Assembly: GCA_965602015.1 (NCBI GenBank)
Contig: OZ271918.1
Coordinates: 3,680,001-3,744,000, forward strand
Direction: 5' to 3'
Source: Salinispira sp.
GTDB lineage: Bacteria; Spirochaetota; Spirochaetia; DSM-27196; Salinispiraceae
Length of the DNA: 64,000 bases
Position numbers and translations under genes: made by a program
Notes under the pieces: model-generated
Databases searched by the model: none
Seen by the model: the letters and a program-made list of their open reading frames with translations, nothing else
What the model was told of the DNA's origin: nothing
Shown here: positions 56,653 to 64,000 of the stretch, one piece after another
Layout of the letters: the number at the start of each line of letters is the position of its first letter
Numbering within the stretch: the first letter of the stretch is position 1

Positions 56653-57897
56653 ATGGAAAAGACGATGCGCAGATTTTTTGTCCTGATTCTGATATTGATA
56701 ATGACGGCTTCCGCGGCCCTGTCCGCCGGGGACGTGTACAGTGAAGATTTTTTCTGGGCCCTGAATCTTACAGAGACCTGGGTGCTCCTCGATTACGATG
56801 GGGAGAACGGCATTGTGTCCTTTTCCGACCGGGAGGGCCACGCGATAATGCAGGTAATGGTGCGCAATCCCGATGTGACCGATGATGCCTCCCAGCTGCT
56901 CGACACGGTGGTCCAGGGCCTCGGCGCCCAGGGCGACATTGCTCCCTTTGCTTTTTCCGGGCACGGAGCATCACTGGCCGACGCCAGCTGGAACGCCGGC
57001 TCGGTTCCCGTGCGGGGCTACCTGGTGGCCATCGACGACAAGCCGCTGGATTCCGGCGCCGTCCAATATCCCTACGATTACATCATTATGGTGTTCGCCC
57101 TGGAGGGCGAATACGACGTGTATCACGATTTCCTCTTGAGCAACCTGGACGGATTTGCGCCGCTGGAGCGGGAATACCACATGCCCGGTGCGGTGAGCCA
57201 ATTCATCCGCTCCACCGGGGGAAGCCCGGTATCGGTCTTTGATCCCCAGCCCCCGGCTGAACCGCCGCTCTCACTGTCGCCCGAGCGCTTTAGTCCCATG
57301 GCGGCCCTGCCCATCGGCGGCGGTACCCAGGCCGACGTGGAAGCCGCCTGGGCCACCATAGAGCGCGAGGGCCGTATTCTGCAGCAGTTCGCCAATGCGC
57401 CGCCTGAAATCCGCACCATGGCCTGGCGGCGCTACTACCAAATGCTGTACACCGATGCCTACTACGATATGAGGGCGCCGGCCGAGGTAATCTCCGGCAG
57501 ACTGGAAGCCCATGGGGTCATCCACAGCGAACTTCCGGCTGAAATCCTCAACTGGCTGCAGGGCTTCGGCTACCAGAGATCCGGGGGAATAAGCGATGTG
57601 GAACCCGCCTGGGTCTGCATCGCCAATGAGTCGGGAGACTGCGACTCATTGGGTCTGATGTACATGGCCCTGCTGCAGCACCTGGGCATTGATTCGGTGC
57701 TGATGATAAGCGAGGTCCACGCCCACGCCATTGTCGGGGTAGACACCCCGGGGCCTGGCGCCCGTTTCCCCTTCCTGGAAAAGCAATGGCTGGTGGCCGA
57801 GCTCACCGCCGAGGTGCCTATCGGTATGATCGCCCCCGACCAGGCCGACCCCGTGGACTGGATGGGCTTCGATCTGGATTTCCACCCAGAGTGGTAG
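56653..57897 (+). CDS. Secreted protein with a C-terminal transglutaminase-like (Cys-His-acid) domain
   Basis: Signal peptide; SGDCDSLG, HAHAIVGV, WLVAELT. Start at 56653 or 56665. Confidence 0.75.
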   Translation: MEKTMRRFFVLILILIMTASAALSAGDVYSEDFFWALNLTETWVLLDYDGENGIVSFSDREGHAIMQVMVRNPDVTDDASQLLDTVVQGLGAQGDIAPFAFSGHGASLADASWNAGSVPVRGYLVAIDDKPLDSGAVQYPYDYIIMVFALEGEYDVYHDFLLSNLDGFAPLEREYHMPGAVSQFIRSTGGSPVSVFDPQPPAEPPLSLSPERFSPMAALPIGGGTQADVEAAWATIEREGRILQQFANAPPEIRTMAWRRYYQMLYTDAYYDMRAPAEVISGRLEAHGVIHSELPAEILNWLQGFGYQRSGGISDVEPAWVCIANESGDCDSLGLMYMALLQHLGIDSVLMISEVHAHAIVGVDTPGPGARFPFLEKQWLVAELTAEVPIGMIAPDQADPVDWMGFDLDFHPEW

Positions 57898-57930
57898 GCT
57901 ATGAATCGCGCATAGACGGTTCGAAATGCA
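57856..57930 (+). repeat. 75-bp direct repeat, copy 1 (last codons and stop of the transglutaminase-like gene)
   Basis: gactggatgggcttcgatctggatttccacccagagtggtaggctatgaatcgcgcatagacggttcgaaatgca; 4 mismatches to copy 2. Confidence 0.95.
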
Positions 57931-58115
57931 ATGGGCCCGGAAATTTCATCCTAATTTTCTTTTTCAATATTTGCCAATTTCTAAAGTGATAGTGTTAAAT
58001 TTTTTTTTACTATTACAGCCATAACATGAAAAAAATAGTATATAATCCTATCGGTCAGTAATAATTGCAATGGAAATTGTACTATTCAGTTTTTGATATC
58101 CTGATAGGAGAAGCT

Positions 58116-60095
58116 ATGAGATTAAATGTAACTAACTGCGTTATCGGAATATTGGCGTTAATAATGCTGCTAATTATAGGCTGTGATTTCGGTCCGACGA
58201 ATCCCCTAAATGAAACCGGTTCAGTAAAAATCAACATAACCGAGCGAGTATCCAGGAGCATCCTGCCTGATATCTCTATGGATCCGACCAGCTATCGCAT
58301 TAAACTTACCGGACCAGATGGGCTTTTGGAAGAGCAAATAGTCAATATCGGAGAGGCCCTCTTCGAAGATCTTCGGTTCGGCGCTTGGGAAGTTCAGGTG
58401 GTCGCCTATAATTCAGCCGATATTTCAATCGGACATGGGGAGCAAACCGTTGAGGTTTACCCCAATGAAACTTCTCAGGTGCAAATCTCAGTTATTCCCT
58501 ATGAAGGATTCGGAAGTTTGGATTTGGAAATCTTATGGGAAGCGGATGAGGTGAGCCACCCCGAAATCTCAGCAAACCTTACCCCTTCAAGCGGCACTGC
58601 ACGCGAACTAGAATTCACCTTGGGATCAGCGAATGCGCATTATTTTGCCGACGATGTTCCCACAGGATATCATACGCTTATAATTCAGCTTTTGGATAAT
58701 GGCTTCCTCGTTTCAGGAGCGGTTGAAGTCGTCCGGATTATCGACCAGCAAACCAGCGCAGCCAGCCTTGAGTTTTATGACATCAATCAGGCAACCGGCG
58801 TACTGGACATCAGCATAAATACCGATCTGCAGAATCCCCTTGAAGTTAGCATCAGTGGTGCTGGAGAAACCAAATTAATAAATGAATCCATGGAACTCAC
58901 TGCGTCCGTTGAGGACTATTCGGAAAATATTGTCTATGTATGGTATATAAACGGCGAAGCAGTCGGAGCTGGTATAGATTTCACGCTCGGGGACGCTTTA
59001 CCGATTGGGTATTATAACGTGGATGTGACAGCATTTTCTATCGACGGTAAACAGGCGGGAAGTGCGAATGCAAAAATTCAGATTGTCGATAGTATCAACC
59101 TCGATTTTAATGACGCGTCGAACTATACCTTTTTACCATCATCCTACGGAAGATATTTAAAATTTTGGGAAGACTATGCATTTGTTGTGGACCATAATCA
59201 AAACAATGCTTTGTTGGTTTTCGATATCAGTAATCCTGATTCGCCGCAACTTCTTCAGACACACAGCAGGATTCCCGGCGTCGCCTGGCACAATATCTGC
59301 ATAATTGATGGCTACATCTATGCTGCGAATTCTAAACCTCAAGGGACTGCTGAATATTCAACGGTATCGGTGTATCGTTTAGAATCGAATGGTGAGCTAC
59401 AACATGTAGACTCATTAATATTCACTGCAAGAGATTCCGGATCAAAATACTGGTCATATATCTTTGAGGATAATGGGTTTCTCTATGTCTTTGACAGAAA
59501 TGCCGCCGACGCATTGATGAAGTACTCGATTGATCAGTCTGGCAGCCTATCTTTTGAATCTGAGATACCCATACCCAATTTGAGGACTCCTGATGAGTTT
59601 CAAGCTATTAGGGTTGGGGCAGGGAATTTTTCGCTATCATGGCGTTTTCTGAGTGGGCAGACGTATGTTTATCGGACTTCATTTTATAGCTTGGCTGGAA
59701 ATATAATTGAATATCTTTCTACCTTGGATAATGTTAGCAAAGCCATGCCTGTGCTTGATGGCTACTTCCTGCTCTCAGCTAATTATGATTTATATGATCC
59801 CTATACTGATACGCGGATTCCCCAAGATATAAGCTCCTATGATTCGGAAATTTACGCAAATCTACGATTTGGAGGGCACCCCGAGGATTCAAGGATGCGA
59901 GGAATTGATGAATTACTCTTCCGCGGCTTTAGAAATCCAGAAACCAACTCCCTGCAATTTCTCGTGCGGAAAATTAGTGAGAATGGTGTTGTCACAGTAA
60001 TTGCTGATGAAGCGGAGGTCCCGGGGAATCATTACTCAATTGTTACTGCGAAGGTATACCGAGGTCGGGTCTATTTTACTTCGGGGAGCACATAA
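58116..60095 (+). CDS. AT-rich lipoprotein with Ig-like N-terminal domains and a beta-propeller/LVIVD-like C-terminus
   Basis: AGGAG before ATG 58116; lipobox LIIG-C; YAFVVD...LLVFDISNPDSPQLL and IIDGYIYAA repeats. Confidence 0.8.
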   Translation: MRLNVTNCVIGILALIMLLIIGCDFGPTNPLNETGSVKINITERVSRSILPDISMDPTSYRIKLTGPDGLLEEQIVNIGEALFEDLRFGAWEVQVVAYNSADISIGHGEQTVEVYPNETSQVQISVIPYEGFGSLDLEILWEADEVSHPEISANLTPSSGTARELEFTLGSANAHYFADDVPTGYHTLIIQLLDNGFLVSGAVEVVRIIDQQTSAASLEFYDINQATGVLDISINTDLQNPLEVSISGAGETKLINESMELTASVEDYSENIVYVWYINGEAVGAGIDFTLGDALPIGYYNVDVTAFSIDGKQAGSANAKIQIVDSINLDFNDASNYTFLPSSYGRYLKFWEDYAFVVDHNQNNALLVFDISNPDSPQLLQTHSRIPGVAWHNICIIDGYIYAANSKPQGTAEYSTVSVYRLESNGELQHVDSLIFTARDSGSKYWSYIFEDNGFLYVFDRNAADALMKYSIDQSGSLSFESEIPIPNLRTPDEFQAIRVGAGNFSLSWRFLSGQTYVYRTSFYSLAGNIIEYLSTLDNVSKAMPVLDGYFLLSANYDLYDPYTDTRIPQDISSYDSEIYANLRFGGHPEDSRMRGIDELLFRGFRNPETNSLQFLVRKISENGVVTVIADEAEVPGNHYSIVTAKVYRGRVYFTSGST

Positions 60096-60286
60096 TAAAT
60101 ACTGCGAACTAATGAAATCTCTGATATCTCTAATATTTGTATTAGGAACAATTTACTAACAACTCGCTGGTTTGTATCGAAACGTTTTGTAGTTTGATGA
60201 TCTCCTTAGGGAGAGCCACAAAGATTCATGAGATTTGCAGAGAGCATTGCAAGCAACGATGGTACATGTGACATATCCGACCTGCC

Positions 60287-60361
60287 GACTGGATAGGCTT
60301 CGATCTGGATTTCCACCCCGAATGGTAGGCTATGAATCCCGCATAGACGGTTCGAAATGCA
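60287..60361 (+). repeat. 75-bp direct repeat, copy 2, followed by a hairpin at 60366-60390
   Basis: gactggataggcttcgatctggatttccaccccgaatggtaggctatgaatcccgcatagacggttcgaaatgca; still reads DWIGFDLDFHPEW-stop. Confidence 0.95.
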
Positions 60362-60486
60362 TAATAGCCCCGGAATATCCGTCCGGGGCTGCAAATGATA
60401 AATCCTCGATATTGGAATGTTTTTTTCCTCGTTATATAGTTATAGAGACAAGTTCCGCACAGCTCAGGTCTCATTAAGGAGTACTC

Positions 60487-63400
60487 GTGCCCAGCGCTCA
60501 CAGTACCGGCAAAACCCCTTTCTCCACTGTTTTTCTCCTGCTATCGGTCGTTCTCGCCATATTGGCCCCCGGAGCTTTGTGGGGGCAAAGTGCCATCCCC
60601 AATGATGCGAACAACTATCTTGCGGTTACGGGAGCTACTGCAAACGGAGATCCTGACGGTCTGCAGGTTGTGTTTTTTCGCATTCCACGTACTGAAAACA
60701 GCAGATTGTATTTTGCAGCCTATGACCCAGACCTAAATGATGCCGATACAGCAAATAACGAGCAACTAAATCCCCCGGATTTTGATGATGGTGGTGGCGC
60801 CCCGGTTTCTACGACTTTCTATTTGGTAGGCGGCGAAGGGGCATATACCAATCCACTCTCCAGGCAAACGGATTTCAGCCTTGGCAATGGTCTGGCCGAT
60901 GCCCTCATTGGCAGCGGTCAACTCGGTTCCACGGCATACACCCGGAACACCTTTCCACAGCAATGGCAATACTTCGCATCAGCACTCCCAGCTGACGGGG
61001 AAGAGGTCGGCGATTATATATATTTCAAGGTCGTCGTCTCCGCGGATGCAAATGTCCAAAAGAACGGATTCAGGCTGGATGTCTCGCTATCAGATGCAGA
61101 CAACTCAGCAATCGTTCCGGTTCCCGGTGCCCAAAGCTTTGCCTATAGTTGGAATCTGTCCCTCGTTCAAGAAACGCGAACATACAATCTTTATCCCTTT
61201 ATTCCCGAAAACACCACCGGCAATATCGTCGCATTCAATTTTGACGCGGATGCTCAGGCAGGAGGAATCGCCTCTCTTACCTTGTTTGACGGAAGTGAAA
61301 GTACAAATGCTGCGATTCCAGCCTCAAACTCAGACGTCGCCCAATCAGGACCACTCGCTATTTCAGGACCAGCCGAGACTAATCGGACCTGGCGATATGA
61401 GATTGTTGAACCAGCCGGTGCGGTGTATGTGAATCCCGCAGAATTTTGGGTTGAAAATCAGGCTGGAGACCCTCTTGCAATTTTCTCTTCGGGATTTGTA
61501 GAAACAAGATTTCCGGACCATGTTGAATCGAGTCCTGCAGCAGTACAAACCGCAACCGGTGACGTGCAGAGGATTACGCACCGGGTGGTAAGCGAAACTG
61601 GTGAAGTGTTGCCGTATATTCGCACATTCAGGGTGACTTCTGATGTTGGAAACGCCATAGTTGCCGACAGCAGTGGGTGGACGGGAACAGCGACATTTCG
61701 CGACGTATCATCCGACGGTGCAGGGCTGGCCTGGGTGGAAGTCAGCAGAGGAACAGCTGGGGATGTAAATCTGAGTATCAGCGATGTGGATCCATTTCCG
61801 GAAATAGTTGCTCATTCGGGCTCGACTATTACCTTTAATGACAATCCGCCTCCGGTGCTCACTGGTCAGAACCTGCTGTTTGTAGAAAATCAGGCGATGC
61901 CGGTTCCCCCTTATCTCACGCTGACAATAACGGACAGCGGAATCAATGATCTCGTAGCGGGAAACACCTTAGAGATAAGCCTACCGGGTTCGCTCAGCGG
62001 TCTGCAGTTTGACACCTTGCACACACCTGTCGCGAGTGTACAGGGCGGGCCTACCGGTGTCGTCGGCGCAGCAGTCTGGAACGGTACAACCCTCGAAATT
62101 CCCATTACCTTCAGTCTCGATATCGCCGGCGGAGAGTTTATTCAAATAGCCGATGTTCGCTTTCTGGATAATCCGACGCCGGCGGGCTCAGGCAATCTTG
62201 TATTAAATGAAGCTGCACCTCCCGCATTCCCCACGGTAAACGATGTTCGCACAATGACCGTCGCATCGCCCAGTTCAGTTTGGGACGGAGATACAGACAA
62301 CGATTGGGAAACCGCGACAAACTGGGTCGGTGATGTTCTGCCGGGTGACGGATTTGATGTTCTGATTCCCGACACAAGCGCGGGTAGCGGGAGGTATCCA
62401 GTTCTCACTGCGACGCCAGCCAATAGCGTCAGGAATTTACGCGTGGTGGCGAACGCCCGGCTTACCCTCGGTGGATTCACCATTACAAACACGGGAACCC
62501 TCGTTAATGAAGGACTAATTTTTTCCGATGGAACTGGTCCAGGTCTCGATTTTGATACCAACACTGGTACGGTGCGGTATACCGGGGGCGCAACGTTAAA
62601 CGTCACTACCGGCGGGGCGCAGTCTTATGGGAATCTGGAGATTCAAGGGGGTGTTTTTACTACGCCTGGAACCCTCTCATCCACCGGGGATTTCACTCTT
62701 TCCGGCAGCTCAAGCCTGACACTAGGCGCTGATATGTCAGTTAGCGGAGATACGACCTTATCGGACGCCGACTTGAATCTTGACGGTTTCGATTTTACCC
62801 AGGACGGTGGGACCCTGATTCAAAATAACAACCTGGGGTCAGTTACTTCCGCAGGTGGCTCACTGATTCTCGACGGGACGGTTTCTATTGATATGGATGA
62901 CGGCGGGGCTGTAGAAGCTCTCCCGAATTTGGTGATAACTGGGGCGGTGACATTAGCCAGCGATATTGCACTCACCGGTCTTCTCTCTATAACTGCGGGC
63001 GGTTCCCTTGATGTTTCCCCCGCGAATCACGGTATCGAATTACAGGGCAACTGGAATGTGGACGCTGCGGCTACCTTCACATCAAGAAGCGGAACCGTGA
63101 CTTTTAGCGGCGCGAACGTCCAGAATGTCGCCACCGGCGGCAGCGACGCGGCCCACGATTTTACAACCATAGCATTTGACAAGGCCGGGGGATCAGTAAG
63201 CTTTACCGAAGCGCTTGCTGTTACCTCCCTGAGTTTTCCCGGGGCGCTCGCATTTGACCTGTCTATGATCGGCGGTGCTTCCATAACTAATGCGGTGACT
63301 TTTTCTAACACCGGAACGCTGACTATCGGTGATGCAGCAGGTGATACATCGACGTTTACCAGCGGCCTGACGGCCACCGCGCCAGGTTCCAAGAGCCTGG

Positions 63401-64000
63401 CGGGCACAATATCTTCGACCGATCAGGATCTCAATTTCGGTGGTAATGCCGTCACCTTGGGCGATGATACAACTATAAATAGTGGCACAGGGACCGTCTC
63501 GCTGGCGGACGCCAACGGCGCCTTTATTCTGGAACTCATTAGTTCGGCGTCACCGTCAGTGGGCATCGTAAACGTCAACTCATTCGATATCGATCAGATA
63601 ACGGCGAACTTCTCCACGGCGTCCAGCCTGACCGCCGGTACGCTGAGCGTGAACAACGGGGCGGTTGACCTGAGTTTCACCGGCGGCATGAGCATCACAA
63701 ATGCTGTGACCTTCCCTAACAGCGGAACACTGACCATCGGTGACGGGGCAGGGGACAGTTCAACCTTCACGGGCGGTTTGATCGCCACCGATCCCAGCGG
63801 AAAGAGCATCGCCGGAAACATAGAGGCTGCGGGAACCGGAGTCATCAATTTGGGGGGCGCTGCCACCAGTGTTACCGCCAATGCACTCCTGGGAGATACC
63901 TCCACCGGGCAGATTACCCTTGCAGCTGTCACCCTGGCCGACGGCGTCACATTGACCCTGGGCGCCGGGGCTGCAACGCCGATTACCACCGGGGCTATCG
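60487..64000 (+). CDS. Giant secreted surface/adhesin-like beta-rich protein (3' end outside window, more than 1170 aa)
   Basis: TAAGGAG then GTG at 60487; signal peptide (FLLLSVVLAILAPGALWG-Q); frame open to the window end; WDGDTDNDWETATNW motif; Gly/Thr-rich beta-helix-type repeats. Missing from the ORF track because it has no stop in the window. Confidence 0.88.
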   Translation, partial: MPSAHSTGKTPFSTVFLLLSVVLAILAPGALWGQSAIPNDANNYLAVTGATANGDPDGLQVVFFRIPRTENSRLYFAAYDPDLNDADTANNEQLNPPDFDDGGGAPVSTTFYLVGGEGAYTNPLSRQTDFSLGNGLADALIGSGQLGSTAYTRNTFPQQWQYFASALPADGEEVGDYIYFKVVVSADANVQKNGFRLDVSLSDADNSAIVPVPGAQSFAYSWNLSLVQETRTYNLYPFIPENTTGNIVAFNFDADAQAGGIASLTLFDGSESTNAAIPASNSDVAQSGPLAISGPAETNRTWRYEIVEPAGAVYVNPAEFWVENQAGDPLAIFSSGFVETRFPDHVESSPAAVQTATGDVQRITHRVVSETGEVLPYIRTFRVTSDVGNAIVADSSGWTGTATFRDVSSDGAGLAWVEVSRGTAGDVNLSISDVDPFPEIVAHSGSTITFNDNPPPVLTGQNLLFVENQAMPVPPYLTLTITDSGINDLVAGNTLEISLPGSLSGLQFDTLHTPVASVQGGPTGVVGAAVWNGTTLEIPITFSLDIAGGEFIQIADVRFLDNPTPAGSGNLVLNEAAPPAFPTVNDVRTMTVASPSSVWDGDTDNDWETATNWVGDVLPGDGFDVLIPDTSAGSGRYPVLTATPANSVRNLRVVANARLTLGGFTITNTGTLVNEGLIFSDGTGPGLDFDTNTGTVRYTGGATLNVTTGGAQSYGNLEIQGGVFTTPGTLSSTGDFTLSGSSSLTLGADMSVSGDTTLSDADLNLDGFDFTQDGGTLIQNNNLGSVTSAGGSLILDGTVSIDMDDGGAVEALPNLVITGAVTLASDIALTGLLSITAGGSLDVSPANHGIELQGNWNVDAAATFTSRSGTVTFSGANVQNVATGGSDAAHDFTTIAFDKAGGSVSFTEALAVTSLSFPGALAFDLSMIGGASITNAVTFSNTGTLTIGDAAGDTSTFTSGLTATAPGSKSLAGTISSTDQDLNFGGNAVTLGDDTTINSGTGTVSLADANGAFILELISSASPSVGIVNVNSFDIDQITANFSTASSLTAGTLSVNNGAVDLSFTGGMSITNAVTFPNSGTLTIGDGAGDSSTFTGGLIATDPSGKSIAGNIEAAGTGVINLGGAATSVTANALLGDTSTGQITLAAVTLADGVTLTLGAGAATPITTGAI

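Noticed and set aside
57856..60361. Diversity-generating retroelement VR/TR pair, CRISPR repeats or integron attC sites
   Set aside because: Only two copies; mismatches are not confined to adenines and most adenines are unchanged; no reverse transcriptase, cas or intI gene in the window; no attC core-site pattern recognised.
60766..63989. Short ORFs listed in the track in the last 3.3 kb
   Set aside because: All are shadows of the single uninterrupted plus-strand ORF starting at 60487.

Overview
Gene-dense, GC-rich bacterial chromosome segment, most likely from a free-living Spirochaetaceae member (inferred from gene content and protein style, not from a search). It carries core genes (pheT 3' part, plsY, fusA, carD, leuS, trxA, argA, htpG, aroA, thrH), transporters, an MCP, a partner-switching cluster (two PP2C phosphatases, STAS, RsbW-like kinase) near an Hpt/REC pair, and a giant secreted beta-rich protein that runs off the right edge and is absent from the ORF track. 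No rRNA, tRNA, CRISPR array, transposase or integrase was seen. The most notable observations are: (1) an unannotated ~170-nt RNA upstream of leuS, with its own promoter and four stems, whose terminator loop displays a perfect anti-Shine-Dalgarno sequence (UCACCUCCUUA); (2) a DAHP-synthase domain that has lost its catalytic residues, fused to an intact prephenate dehydratase; (3) an AT-rich lipoprotein cassette flanked by a 75-bp duplication of a gene's 3' end; (4) a cluster of an NDK-like protein, a cNMP-domain/nucleosidase-fold fusion and a His-less pseudo-kinase; (5) a probable ATC start codon and many apparently leaderless genes; (6) repeat-built low-complexity insertions in several ordinary proteins. 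All family assignments come from motif recognition by eye.
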